Numbered from the stretch's first letter, positions 9,272 through 19,619 are shown. The stretch is 64,000 bases of DNA from an uncultured delta proteobacterium (GCA_963733195.1 CAVTCR010000070.1:49056-113055), one strand, 5' to 3'. Notes: generated by a model not told the origin, from the sequence alone. Made by a program: numbers and translations.

Positions 9272-10420
9272 ATGTTTAATCATCCGGTGATTTCCGCTGA
9301 TGGACATATTGATTTACCGTGGCTGCCACCAACACTTTTTGTTGATAACGCTTCGGCTGTGCTGAAAGACAAAATGCCAAAGGTCGTTGATGCTCCCGAA
9401 GGTAAAATGTGGGTTGCTCATAACGGGACCAACCTCGGACTCGCAGGAGGGATGGGGTCGGCTGGGAGGCCGTATGTTCCTGGCCAGATTTATCGTTCGG
9501 ACCGCATGGCGTCAGAAGGGCTGTACGATGACTACAAGCGTGGCATCTTTCGGACGTCCGATCCGAAATACCGCCTGCTCGATCAAGACCGCGATGGCGT
9601 TGTCGGTGAGGTACTCTACGGCATCCTTGGTGCCTCTTTTCGTTTGCAAGATCCCGAGATCGTTGAGATGGTCGTACGCATCTACAACGATTTCGCCGCA
9701 AGCTTTAGCAAAGCCTGCCCTGAACGATTGGCAACGATTGCCTGTCTACCGACCTTTTCTCCAGGGAAAGCTGCCGAAGAGCTCCGGCGTTGTGCCAAGC
9801 TCGGACTGAAGGGTGCAGAGATTCCCATTTCTCCGGGGATGATGCCGCTGTGGCATGAAGACTGGAACCCCTTGTGGGAAGCGGCACATGAGTGTCGTAT
9901 TCCCATCCACTTTCATACCATCGGTCCCAAGCAGGACATGAGTTGGTTAACCAATCATCGTGCTCGTCGGTTATGGTTGGCGACATTACTCGCAGGATTC
10001 CAGATGTCTATGGTCGAAGCGATGGCTGCGATCATCTACAGCGGTGCGCTTGAACGTTTGCCGCAACTAAAAATTGTCATCGGCGAAGCAGGAATCGGCT
10101 GGATACCGTACGTGCTCGAACGGCTTGATTATGAGTGGGAAGATCAATTCAAGGATCTGGAATTGAAGATGAAGCCTAGCGAATACTGGTATCGGCAAAT
10201 GTATGCAACCTATCAACAAGACCAAGCCGGAATCGACCAAATCGAGAAAGTAGGCGTGAATAACGTCATGTGGGGATCCGACTTTCCTCACCCTGACGGA
10301 GTGTGGCCGGATTCGCAAGAATTCTTGCAAACACAACTCGGCCAAATGCCAGAAGCGATACGGCGGAAAATTGTCTACGAGAATGTGGCAAAGTTGTATG
10401 GGTTTCCGATGAGGCTGTAA
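9272..10420 (+). CDS. Amidohydrolase family protein
   Basis: ISADGH, IHFH, WGSDFPHPD; GGAGG RBS. Confidence 0.9.
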   Translation: MFNHPVISADGHIDLPWLPPTLFVDNASAVLKDKMPKVVDAPEGKMWVAHNGTNLGLAGGMGSAGRPYVPGQIYRSDRMASEGLYDDYKRGIFRTSDPKYRLLDQDRDGVVGEVLYGILGASFRLQDPEIVEMVVRIYNDFAASFSKACPERLATIACLPTFSPGKAAEELRRCAKLGLKGAEIPISPGMMPLWHEDWNPLWEAAHECRIPIHFHTIGPKQDMSWLTNHRARRLWLATLLAGFQMSMVEAMAAIIYSGALERLPQLKIVIGEAGIGWIPYVLERLDYEWEDQFKDLELKMKPSEYWYRQMYATYQQDQAGIDQIEKVGVNNVMWGSDFPHPDGVWPDSQEFLQTQLGQMPEAIRRKIVYENVAKLYGFPMRL

Positions 10421-10575
10421 AAGATACCGCCTGCGATGAGACAAAACTAGTAGTGACAGAAACTCAATTGAGCAGAAAGTGGTAGAGCCCGATGGGGAAT
10501 CCGGGCTTACTGTTCTGGGATATTGCTGTGCCCCTGCTAGACTACGGAATCTGTGCGCAAGAAGTATAGAATCTC

Positions 10576-13500
10576 TTACGACGCAATGGCTCGTTCTAAT
10601 TTCCTCGGCGTTCTTGCCGCATTTGCGACGACGGAAAGCAAGCGCTGAATTTCACTCTCTCGGTTTTTGAACCAATCTGTTGACCAGATGCGGTGAATTT
10701 TCCAACCTTTCGCTTCGAGTATTTCTTGTCGCAACCGATCGCGGTCGCGCACTGATTTTGCGCTGTGGTAGGTTGCGCCGTCACATTCGATACCGAGTAT
10801 GTACGTTCCTGCGTCCTGTGGATCTTTCACTCCAATATCAATGAAAAAGCCCGCCACGCCTACTTGGGCCTCGACCTGGTATCCGTGCGAGATCAGCAGG
10901 GTAGCTACGTCAATCTCGAAGTCGCTGTCAGGAGACCGGCCCGAATCAAGTCCAATCTCTACAATCTGTCCCGTCTCTGCGAAGGCGAGATAGTTACGGA
11001 AAGCAACTACTCCTCGCGACGGATTTTCTCCAAGTACAATGTCGCTTGGCTTGAGCGAAGTAAACAGCTCAATTCTCCGACGCGCGCGTGTGAAGAGTAC
11101 GTTCAGTCGTCGCCAACCTTTGTCTCTCGCAATTGGTCCAAAGCGTTGATAGACACGCTGTGTTTCTGGATCGCGCCCGTAAGTTGTTGAAATGAATATG
11201 ACCTCTCGCTCATCGCCTTGGACGTTTTCAAGGTTCTTGACGAAGAACGGTTCGTCCCGTTCCTCCTGCTGTCGTAACGCTACATCAAACCTTCCATCTG
11301 CCTTCTGTAAGCGTTCAATCTCTGCCAGGATCAGATCTCGTTGCTGAGAATTCATTGTCGCGACACCAAGGGATACCTCAGGTTGCTCACTGAGGTGAGT
11401 GCGAACTGCCTGTGCTACTTGTAATGCTTCCACGAAATTACGTGAGTTCTTGTACGTCGCGTTTTCAATCCAGTGGACCTGAACGCCAAACTCATGATGC
11501 TGAGCATAAGGAGAGGGAAAGAGCAGTAGCTCGTTGTTGTAAAACTGACTGTTAGAAAACGCAATTAAAGAAGGATGCTGCGAACGGTAGTGCCAGAGAA
11601 GGGTGCGATTTGCAAACGTGCGCTGGGCAATCTCTAGGATGGACTCTGTTTCCTCTGCGGCGATGCGTTCCCCGTCGTCCTCTTCTCCATCGGAGAGCTG
11701 CTCAAAGAACGTCGTCGGGGGAAGTTGCTTCGGGTCACCGACAATGACAACTTGTTTTCCTCGCAGAATAGCACCAAGGGCATCCTCGGGTTTCACTTGT
11801 GAGGCTTCATCCATCAGCACCAGATCGAACTCGATCTGGCCCGGCGGCAGATATTGGGCAACGGAAAGTGGACTCATCATAAAGCAGGGCTTAATCGCCT
11901 GGAGTGCTTTTCCGGCCCGACGCACCAATTGTCGAATAGGAATGTGTCTGGTTTTCTTGGACAGCTCGTTCTCAATCAGACCGCGGTTTGTCAACGTACG
12001 TACCGGGCCTGTCCCGATCCCAGCCGGGATCGGTCGTTTTGCGATGTTGCTTGCGATGTACTGACCACGAAGACCATTGAGTTCACGATCAATGCGCTGA
12101 AACTCACGAATCGTTCGCTCGTACGCCACTCGGGTAAAATTGGCAAGCTCTGGATTTGCCTGCACTGCTTGTCGTGCAATTGCTTCATAGGCCAATGCAC
12201 GGAAATATGAGGCAACCCTTTCAGGGGAGAGACTGCGCTTTCGTATCAGCCTCAACAGATCTGTATGTCCATAATCTTGAAGACGCGCAGTGACTCGGCA
12301 GAATTCGCTCCAACGATTGAGAGACGCGGTTGTCGCAAGACACCTTTCGCAGGCATGGATAATGTCTTGGAAAGTATAGCTCGTTTCCTCCTTTGCTATC
12401 CAATTTGCAAGGTCGACTCCGCCCCAACGCTCCAGTTGTTGGAGTGACTCTTCCAAGACGGAAACAAACCTCTTCGTTGTGTTTGCAATATCACCTACCT
12501 CGTGTGTCCTTGGTCCTGCTGGCCCCGAAACAAACCACGAGAGGAGAGCAGGTTCAATTTGCATCGCCTGAATACTGGTGAGCCAGCTAAGCGCTTGTAT
12601 GAGAGAGGATGTATCTGTATCGAGACCTTGCCAATAGGGTCCTAACACCGCAGGTAAATCTTGCATCGCCTCAAGCTCCTGCTTCATATCGAGAAGCTTT
12701 CGCATGGCTGTGGTAGCAATACTGACTTGCTCTACGGTTGTTGGGCGAGGAAGCTGCGCTCTTCTCAATATCGGTAATGTCTCTTCAAGCAAGCGGGCTT
12801 GCTCTAGGAGAAGCTGTTGGATCAATGCAAGGGGAGATTCACTATGAGTTCCTAACCCGCACTCTGCTAGTCTTTCCCGTAAGACTGTAATTGGTTGAGG
12901 CAACTGGCCTCTGAGACGGCTGACTTTTGTTGCTGTTGTTTCTCTGTTTGCGAGGAGGTCTTGAGAGAGAAAGGAGTCTTCTATCGTTTGCGTGAACTTT
13001 CCTGCCCATGAAACGGCAGAGCGAAGAGCGGGCCAGTCAGTGTCTACACCTTTGAAGGCAGTTCCCAGGGCAGCTTTCATGCTTGTGTCCTCCGCGAACC
13101 GCCTTACTTCATCGAGAAGACCTGCCAGTTCCTCAAGACGACCAGCAAGAGCACGATCCTGAACTTCTTTAGGGTTACGAAGAACAGGCAGAAGTTCTTT
13201 GCGTAGAGCGCGATATTCACTGCGCAATCGGCCAAACCACTGTGTATGGATGATCTGCAATCGCTTTGCCATGAGGCGCAACTTTTGTGGCCCCGGAACG
13301 AATTCGGTATCAAATTTTTTCTGCATTTCGCGAAGCCTTGACGCTAACTTCTGCGAGGTCTCTTCTGCCTGATTGAGTTTCTGTATAGCGTCCGGGCGTA
13401 GCCAAGCGGATTCAAAAGCGTGTTCGACCAGTGCTGGCATTTTTTCACAGAGTTCTGCTAGGGCTAGCAACTTCTCAAAGTCATGCAGGTACGATGGCTC

Positions 13501-15570
13501 AGTGCCCAATACCTCCTGGGCTGCTGCACGACAAGATAGTAAGCGTTGGGCGGCGTCATTGCAGCGCACGACACTCTGCTGAAGGACATCGAGTTGGGGC
13601 AAGGTCTTATTGTGAAACTCTTGGTTTCCAAGCCGTGGACAGGCGCTATGCAGCTGTGCAAGAAACTCTTTGTCAAGACAATCTGGAGTCTGTAGAAGCA
13701 CTGACGACGCTTTTGTCAACGCTGGAACTTCTGAAAGGCGGTGGTGTAGCGCTCTGATCTGCGCAGTAGTTGATTCCGAGAGGAAATGGGACCAAAGGTG
13801 TGAGGAAATTTTCGGTGGAGGAGACGTATTGAGGATCTGGTGCAGTGTGATGACCGCCTGCAGTTGGGCTATGCTGCACGAAATCGACGATCCCTCTCCA
13901 AAGAATGAGTCGATAGATTGCTGTCCCTCGGTGGCAGCGGTGTTGAGGCGTTCCAGTATGTGAGGAACACCTCGTAAATCTGCCTCAAAAGCATTGCGTA
14001 GGTCGATGCCATTCCATGCTTGGCAGACCGTTTGGGGGAGTCCCTGCCACAATTCTCCTGCCTCGTGTATCAGTCGTGCTCGTTCTTCAATCTGACTGCG
14101 GGTCAACAACGGAAACTCACCTTGCCGAGGTTCTGGAAACTCGAGATTTGCAAGGGTGCGGTATCGAGATGTACGAAAGGCGGCCTTAAAGAAAGGTTCT
14201 TGATCTGGGCCTATAGGCGTTTGTGCTGCTTCTGTGTACGAAAGAAGACGCGATCTTTCCTGGGTGAGGTTTGCTTCCTGTTCTTTAATATCCCGAGGCT
14301 CTGGAAACCGTTTGTGAAGTCGACGCTCTAGTTGTCGATGAAGTTGTCCTTTGTTTGTCCCCAATGAATGCAGTTCCAGTACGAAATCTCCAAGTCCGCA
14401 CCGGTCCAAGCGGTTTTTGACGACTTCAAGTGCAGCACTTTTCTCTGCTACAAAGAGGAGACTCTTGCCGCTTGCTAAAGCGGCAGCAATAAGATTGGTA
14501 ATCGTTTGGGATTTTCCCGTACCAGGGGGGCCATGAATGACGAGATTCTTCCCCTCCGTCAGGGCATCGATCAGGGCTGAATGCTGTGAGCTATCAGCAT
14601 CCATCACTAACTGGATCTCATGTGCGTGCTGGTGACGATCAACGTTATAGATTTCCGCTAATTGCAAATCGATGTGGTTGTCTGAGCGTGCTTCAGTATC
14701 CCCGAGTAATTTTGACACAAGTGAGTGCTCAACGGGATGCTGAGTTTCTGGTCCGTGGTTTTGGTTGAGCTCGCGATACATCAGCAACTTAGAAAAACTA
14801 AAAAGGTCTATCACCATCTCTCGTACGATGCGCCAACGCGGATAGGGAAGTACTTTCTCGGATACTTGTGAAAAGTACTCTTCTGGATCACATTCTGAAT
14901 CAAACTCAGGCAGGTCAATGCGAAAGTCCTGAGCCATCTTTTCTGCAAGAGACAAATTGGTCTCAATATCCTCTTCACTGTAATTGATCGAGTACTGAAA
15001 CGTATCGGTCCACGGGTCATGATTTCCTTTGTGGATTTCAAGAGGGACAAGAATGAGGGGCGCACGCGACGGTTCAGCGGAATCGTCGGATTCGAACCAC
15101 TCCAAGAACCCGATGGCCAGATGTAGAAAATTTGTTCCTTTCTCCTCAAGGGCAGTCCGTGCTGCGGTATAAATGGTCGAACAGCGTCGTTCGAGTTCTT
15201 TCGGATTGAATGGAGTCTGTAGGAGATCATCCAAATGTTTGGGATCAATGACTTCGCTAGGTCTAGGCAATTCTTGGGAGACATATGTAGAGAGATCTTG
15301 GTCTTCGACAGTTGCGAGTTGCCCTCTACGAGTAGGTATGAGTGCTCGATTCGACGGGTCTTGGGATTCTTCGATGGCAGTCAAGGTGAAGCGGCGGCCA
15401 GCTAACAAAGGGTGAAAGGTTGCAGAAGGAAGTTCATCGATGATTTTGATACTTCGTTTTGGAAACCGGTAGTTTAAGAGTGGATTACGTCTGGAGAGAT
15501 CGAGGAGTCGTCTTCGGAGGCGGTCAAGACTTTCCTTAAGACCTTGCTTACCAGAAACTTGCTCGTTCAT
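10576..15570 (-). CDS. DUF4011 + SF1 helicase + C-terminal Vsr/DUF559-like nuclease (Hhe-like defence protein)
   Basis: LLDLSRRNPLLNY (DUF4011), GPPGTGKSQT, MMSPLSVAQY, DEASQ, HYRS, ENVQGDE, RLNVLFTRAR, GIECDGATYH...RIWSTDW. Confidence 0.9.
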   Translation of the reverse strand: MNEQVSGKQGLKESLDRLRRRLLDLSRRNPLLNYRFPKRSIKIIDELPSATFHPLLAGRRFTLTAIEESQDPSNRALIPTRRGQLATVEDQDLSTYVSQELPRPSEVIDPKHLDDLLQTPFNPKELERRCSTIYTAARTALEEKGTNFLHLAIGFLEWFESDDSAEPSRAPLILVPLEIHKGNHDPWTDTFQYSINYSEEDIETNLSLAEKMAQDFRIDLPEFDSECDPEEYFSQVSEKVLPYPRWRIVREMVIDLFSFSKLLMYRELNQNHGPETQHPVEHSLVSKLLGDTEARSDNHIDLQLAEIYNVDRHQHAHEIQLVMDADSSQHSALIDALTEGKNLVIHGPPGTGKSQTITNLIAAALASGKSLLFVAEKSAALEVVKNRLDRCGLGDFVLELHSLGTNKGQLHRQLERRLHKRFPEPRDIKEQEANLTQERSRLLSYTEAAQTPIGPDQEPFFKAAFRTSRYRTLANLEFPEPRQGEFPLLTRSQIEERARLIHEAGELWQGLPQTVCQAWNGIDLRNAFEADLRGVPHILERLNTAATEGQQSIDSFFGEGSSISCSIAQLQAVITLHQILNTSPPPKISSHLWSHFLSESTTAQIRALHHRLSEVPALTKASSVLLQTPDCLDKEFLAQLHSACPRLGNQEFHNKTLPQLDVLQQSVVRCNDAAQRLLSCRAAAQEVLGTEPSYLHDFEKLLALAELCEKMPALVEHAFESAWLRPDAIQKLNQAEETSQKLASRLREMQKKFDTEFVPGPQKLRLMAKRLQIIHTQWFGRLRSEYRALRKELLPVLRNPKEVQDRALAGRLEELAGLLDEVRRFAEDTSMKAALGTAFKGVDTDWPALRSAVSWAGKFTQTIEDSFLSQDLLANRETTATKVSRLRGQLPQPITVLRERLAECGLGTHSESPLALIQQLLLEQARLLEETLPILRRAQLPRPTTVEQVSIATTAMRKLLDMKQELEAMQDLPAVLGPYWQGLDTDTSSLIQALSWLTSIQAMQIEPALLSWFVSGPAGPRTHEVGDIANTTKRFVSVLEESLQQLERWGGVDLANWIAKEETSYTFQDIIHACERCLATTASLNRWSEFCRVTARLQDYGHTDLLRLIRKRSLSPERVASYFRALAYEAIARQAVQANPELANFTRVAYERTIREFQRIDRELNGLRGQYIASNIAKRPIPAGIGTGPVRTLTNRGLIENELSKKTRHIPIRQLVRRAGKALQAIKPCFMMSPLSVAQYLPPGQIEFDLVLMDEASQVKPEDALGAILRGKQVVIVGDPKQLPPTTFFEQLSDGEEDDGERIAAEETESILEIAQRTFANRTLLWHYRSQHPSLIAFSNSQFYNNELLLFPSPYAQHHEFGVQVHWIENATYKNSRNFVEALQVAQAVRTHLSEQPEVSLGVATMNSQQRDLILAEIERLQKADGRFDVALRQQEERDEPFFVKNLENVQGDEREVIFISTTYGRDPETQRVYQRFGPIARDKGWRRLNVLFTRARRRIELFTSLKPSDIVLGENPSRGVVAFRNYLAFAETGQIVEIGLDSGRSPDSDFEIDVATLLISHGYQVEAQVGVAGFFIDIGVKDPQDAGTYILGIECDGATYHSAKSVRDRDRLRQEILEAKGWKIHRIWSTDWFKNRESEIQRLLSVVANAARTPRKLERAIAS

Positions 15571-15640
15571 TTAGTCCCTGCCCCCAAACAGATTCTCTAT
15601 ACATTCTAGAGCTGCTCCTGGAGCAAAATCTACTTAATAC

Positions 15641-16765
15641 CTCACCTTACGCGACAGGGAGCGAAAAAGGTATAGCCTCGCGCATATGAAACAACAACCG
15701 ATAGCCGATTTGTATTCCGATTACTTGCTGGCCTCGTTTGGGGCGACGACAGCCACGGGGCTGAGCGAACTGCTGGAAGGGGAAGTCAGCCATGATCAAG
15801 TGACCCGGTACTTGGCGGGGACGAAGAAAACCGCGACCGATCTGTGGCAGACCGTCAAGTCCTTTGTTCGGGAGGTACAATCTGCGGAAGGGGTGTTGAT
15901 CCTTGACGACTCGATCGAGGAGAAGCCGTACACCGACGAGAACGAGATTGTCTGTTGGCACTACGATCACTCCAAAGACCGGATGCTCAAAGGGATCAAT
16001 TTCCTGACGGCGCTGTATAGCAGCCAAGGGGTGAGTGTCCCGGTGGGCTTCCACTTGGTGGCCAAGACCAAGACGTATATCGACCCCAAGACACAGAAGG
16101 AGAAGCGGCGCAGTCCCGTGTCCAAGAATACCGTGTGTCAGGAACTGATCAAACAGGCGGTGCGCAATCGCATTCCCTTTCGCTTTGTCCTCTTCGATGT
16201 GTGGTTCGCCTCGGCCGAAACCATGGTCTTCCTCAAACAGCGACAGCGCCGCGACTTTATCTGTCCCCTCAAGACCAATCGCAAGGTCGCCTTGAGTCAG
16301 GCCGATAAGCAGCAGGGCCGCTATGTCAGAGTGGACACCCTGGAGTTGGAAGCGCACGCCACCACGATCGTCTATCTCGAAGGAGTCGACTTTCCGTTGG
16401 TGCTCGTTAAGCAAGTCTTCACAAACGAAGACGGCAGCATCGGCATTCGCTATCTAGTCTCCAGTGATACCACCGTGTCGTTTGCGGATCTGACCACGAC
16501 CTACCACGAACGGTGGGGAGTGGAATGTTATCATAAGTCGCTCAAACAGAACGTCTCGTTAGCCAAGTCGCCGACACAAACGGTTACGACGCAAACTAAT
16601 CACTTCTTCGCCGCTCTGTGCGGCTTTATCAAATTGGAGCGGTTGAAAGGGAAAACCCAGCTCAATCATTTTGCCTTGAAGGCTAAACTCTATCTCAACG
16701 CCCTCCACTCGGCGTTCACTACCTTACGGACACTAACGCCTGTACAGGGCGCCGCGTAAGGTGAG
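15641..16765 (+). mobile_element. Insertion sequence (IS701/IS4-like), 1125 bp
   Basis: 13-bp terminal IRs CTCACCTTACGCG (15641-15653) and CGCGTAAGGTGAG (16753-16765), flanked by direct repeat TTAATAC (15634-15640, 16766-16772). Confidence 0.92.
15686..16759 (+). CDS. DDE transposase (IS701-like)
   Basis: LILDDS, LFDVWF, YHERWGVECYHKSLKQ; stop codon lies in the right IR. Confidence 0.9.
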   Translation: MKQQPIADLYSDYLLASFGATTATGLSELLEGEVSHDQVTRYLAGTKKTATDLWQTVKSFVREVQSAEGVLILDDSIEEKPYTDENEIVCWHYDHSKDRMLKGINFLTALYSSQGVSVPVGFHLVAKTKTYIDPKTQKEKRRSPVSKNTVCQELIKQAVRNRIPFRFVLFDVWFASAETMVFLKQRQRRDFICPLKTNRKVALSQADKQQGRYVRVDTLELEAHATTIVYLEGVDFPLVLVKQVFTNEDGSIGIRYLVSSDTTVSFADLTTTYHERWGVECYHKSLKQNVSLAKSPTQTVTTQTNHFFAALCGFIKLERLKGKTQLNHFALKAKLYLNALHSAFTTLRTLTPVQGAA

Positions 16766-16894
16766 TTAATACTGCCAGTATCGCACAATTGTGATTACCC
16801 TTTAGAAGGCTCGTGTCATTATGTCGGACCTCTTTCTGCGTACTGTTTTCATGTTCCCCTGGTCTCTCTTCTATCCGCATCAGGGTAACCCTAT

Positions 16895-16923
16895 TCGACA
16901 TACACACCTCTAATGCGTATAGT
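16895..16923 (+). promoter_or_regulatory. Putative sigma70 promoter with overlapping operator for the TA operon
   Basis: TCGACA-17bp-TATAGT with imperfect inverted repeat ATACACA/TGCGTAT. Confidence 0.5.
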
Positions 16924-16945
16924 TTTCTACAAGGAGAACGACTGT

Positions 16946-17194
16946 ATGCATGAACGTATCAACATTACTCTACCGGAGGAGACGATCCGACTCCTCGATC
17001 ACGCTGCTCCAAACGGCTCTCGGAGTCGGTTCATTGACCAGGCTATCAAGCATTTTATTAGGACTGAGTCACGCAAACAGTTGAAAGACCGAATCAAGAA
17101 GGGAGCTATCGCCAGAGCCGAGCGGGATCTCGGACTTGTGGAGGAGTGGTTTACGATGGAGGAGGAAGCATGGCAGCCCAAGGGCAAAAAGTAG
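16946..17194 (+). CDS. Ribbon-helix-helix antitoxin (CopG/MazE-like)
   Basis: RINITLPEE...[10 protein letters not shown]; AAGGAG RBS; overlaps the toxin gene. Confidence 0.85.
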   Translation: MHERINITLPEETIRLLDHAAPNGSRSRFIDQAIKHFIRTESRKQLKDRIKKGAIARAERDLGLVEEWFTMEEEAWQPKGKK

Positions 17195-17547
17195 CTGCAC
17201 CCAGACGCGGCGAGGTGTACCTCGTCAATTTTGATCCGACTCTAGGGGCCGAAATTCAGAAAACGCGGCCTGCGATGATTCTGCAAAACGATATTGCTAA
17301 TCGGCACAGTCCGATCACTATGGTCGCTGCCATTACCTCCAAGTTCGATAACACTCTCTATCCCACCGAAGTCTTGATTCACCCACCGGAAGGGGGGCTC
17401 ACGGTTGCATCGGTCGTGCTGCTCAACCAGGTACGTTCGATCGACAAGCGGCGACTCGTCAAGCGGCTGGGTGCACTGAAGCCAGCTACGATGCGCCAGG
17501 TCGAACAGGCACTGCTTATCAGCTTTGGGATCGTCAAAATATCGTGA
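17170..17547 (+). CDS. mazF: MazF/PemK family endoribonuclease toxin
   Basis: [24 protein letters not shown]...[11 protein letters not shown]. Confidence 0.92.
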   Translation: MAAQGQKVAAPRRGEVYLVNFDPTLGAEIQKTRPAMILQNDIANRHSPITMVAAITSKFDNTLYPTEVLIHPPEGGLTVASVVLLNQVRSIDKRRLVKRLGALKPATMRQVEQALLISFGIVKIS

Positions 17548-17591
17548 CGAAAAACAGAGACGGAGCTCGAATCAAATCTGGGCTTCTAGTT

Positions 17592-17622
17592 CCTGGATTT
17601 TGCTACGCTCCATCCAGACTAC
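17592..17622 (-). repeat. GTAG-type REP (another family)
   Basis: Reverse complement reads GTAGTCTGGATGGAGCGTAGCAAAATCCAGG. Confidence 0.6.
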
Positions 17623-17668
17623 AGAACTTGTTGTGATCGAGAGGTGTTAGCTAACTACTTCGCGATGT

Positions 17669-18286
17669 TTACAGAAACAAATCATTCGCCGGCATCGTCC
17701 AACCTGGGACTGCTGGCTCGGCTTCGGCAACTTCGCCACTGTGGTAGATAGTTGGATGCTCGAGGCTACTGGCGCGATAAACTCGTACAACTTCATCACT
17801 CAACAGATCGACATCCCACACAACGAGTGTTCCAGCGGCGAAATAATCCGCTCGTTTTCGTGCGAGTGCTCGCTCTGCCCGCGGTCCATAATCTCGCTCG
17901 CTTCTGACTTCGACAGCAAACACTGGTGCGCCTTCGAAGAATTTCATTCCCGGAGAAGGGCCAACATAAAACGCAGCGTCAGGGCTGAACGATTTCCGAC
18001 GGGGAAGGTTTACTCGAAACGCCTTGTTATCTCCTACCGCATATCCACGTCCGGTACGCCGAGCATATTCTCGTAAAGAGACGAAAATTTCATCTCCAGC
18101 AAATCCAGGCGTTCCACCAGTCGGCGCTAGGTGAAGAATCTTTCCATTTACCAGTTCTGCCTTTCCTGGCGTACGGGAAAGATCCTCAATTGTCGCTTCA
18201 TGAGGAGGTGGAGACGGAGCAGTATACGAGCGGGCTTCTTTCACACGCGACCTCCAGGTGCTTGCATAAACTTGCCGCTTGTTCAC
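17669..18286 (-). CDS. Uma2 (DUF820) family endonuclease
   Basis: KAELVNG, SPDAAF, FAVEVRS, YFAAGTLVVWDVD, EPAVPGW; true start may be downstream. Confidence 0.85.
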   Translation of the reverse strand: MNKRQVYASTWRSRVKEARSYTAPSPPPHEATIEDLSRTPGKAELVNGKILHLAPTGGTPGFAGDEIFVSLREYARRTGRGYAVGDNKAFRVNLPRRKSFSPDAAFYVGPSPGMKFFEGAPVFAVEVRSERDYGPRAERALARKRADYFAAGTLVVWDVDLLSDEVVRVYRASSLEHPTIYHSGEVAEAEPAVPGWTMPANDLFL

Positions 18287-18687
18287 TCCCCATAATACCG
18301 CGCTTCGATTTCATTTCCTTCTGGGTCATGGAAATAGATCGACGTACCATTACCGCGAGCACCCCAGCGGGGAAGGGGGCCCTCGATCGCGACGTGGTGT
18401 GCTTCCAGCCGCGCACAGAGTTTGCTCCATTCGCTCTTCTCTAAGGTTAAACAAAAGTGATTGAGGTTACGTCGTCCCATAGAGCGAGGACTCGTACGCT
18501 CCCACATCGCTTTCGGGGAAATATCGATAAGCGTGTTCTCGTTAATGCGGACAGAGGGAAAGAGCACTTTTCCTTGACGAAACTCTTCGACGCGCTCCGG
18601 CGCCAATTCAACTACATCAGTGTAGAACCGTACCAACGCTTCGACGTCTTCTGCATTGAGAACGATATGATCCATAATGCCTTGCAT
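18283..18687 (-). CDS. VOC/glyoxalase family protein
   Basis: DHIVL...FY, LNHFCL, YFHDPEGNEIE. Confidence 0.85.
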   Translation of the reverse strand: MQGIMDHIVLNAEDVEALVRFYTDVVELAPERVEEFRQGKVLFPSVRINENTLIDISPKAMWERTSPRSMGRRNLNHFCLTLEKSEWSKLCARLEAHHVAIEGPLPRWGARGNGTSIYFHDPEGNEIEARYYGE

Positions 18688-18829
18688 ACTGCGCCTCCCT
18701 GTCGACTGTCGTGTGTTTGTCTTAGCCCACTGCTACAGTTTTCTGCAACTATACTCTGCTTGACCCACGTCAGATCTCTCTTATACAGTACCCTCGCTTT
18801 TACTGAATACACTACGAGAGGAGACGGCA

Positions 18830-19606
18830 ATGAAAATCATTCCGATCCCTGTTTTAGCGGATAATTATGCGTATTTACTGATTGATGAGGCAACTAAAGA
18901 AGCTGGTGTGGTTGATCCTTCAGAAGCTGGTCCAGTGGCAGAAGCGGTCAAACGCGAAGGTGTGAAGTTTACGGCTATCATCAATACGCATCATCATTGG
19001 GATCATGTGGGTGGTAACGAAGAATTGGTCAAGGAATTTCCTGGCCTCAAGGTGTACGGCCATAAACGAGATAAAGACCGTACCCCAGCGATCACCAATC
19101 TCGTCGATGAAGGGGATACGCTCCAGATTGGTAAACTCACTGCGCGTTTTCTCTTTATCCCGTGCCATACCAACGGCCACGTGGCGCTCCATTTTCCGCA
19201 AGAGAAGGCGGTCTTTACTGGCGATACGCTTTTTGTTGCTGGTTGTGGTCGCCTGTTTGAAGGAACCGCGACGGATATGCATAACAACATGGTGAAGCTC
19301 ATGTCCTTGCCGGATGATACTCGTGTGTATTGTGGGCATGAATACACCGTGAAAAATCTGCAATTCGCTCTGACATTAGAGCCGCAGAACGCCAAGATCC
19401 AAGCCAAGCTGCAATGGGCACAGGATCTGCGTGCGAAGAAAACGCCGACCGTGCCATCGACTGTCGCCGAAGAGAAAGAGATCAATCCGTTCGTGCGAGT
19501 CAGTAATGCTGAGTTGCAAGCGAATGTGAAGAAGCAATTCCCTGAGATCACGCTTGATCCAGTGTCGGTGTTGGCGAAAACGCGACACTTGAAGGATAAT
19601 TTCTGA
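18830..19606 (+). CDS. gloB: Hydroxyacylglutathione hydrolase (glyoxalase II)
   Basis: DNYAY, THHHWDHVGGN, PCHTNGH, FTGDTLFVAGCGR, CGHEYT, NPF. Confidence 0.93.
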   Translation: MKIIPIPVLADNYAYLLIDEATKEAGVVDPSEAGPVAEAVKREGVKFTAIINTHHHWDHVGGNEELVKEFPGLKVYGHKRDKDRTPAITNLVDEGDTLQIGKLTARFLFIPCHTNGHVALHFPQEKAVFTGDTLFVAGCGRLFEGTATDMHNNMVKLMSLPDDTRVYCGHEYTVKNLQFALTLEPQNAKIQAKLQWAQDLRAKKTPTVPSTVAEEKEINPFVRVSNAELQANVKKQFPEITLDPVSVLAKTRHLKDNF

Positions 19607-19619
19607 CGAGGAATGTGGT

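Noticed and set aside
15647-16414. 255-aa antisense ORF in the IS
   Set aside because: Shadow of the transposase frame with no independent motifs
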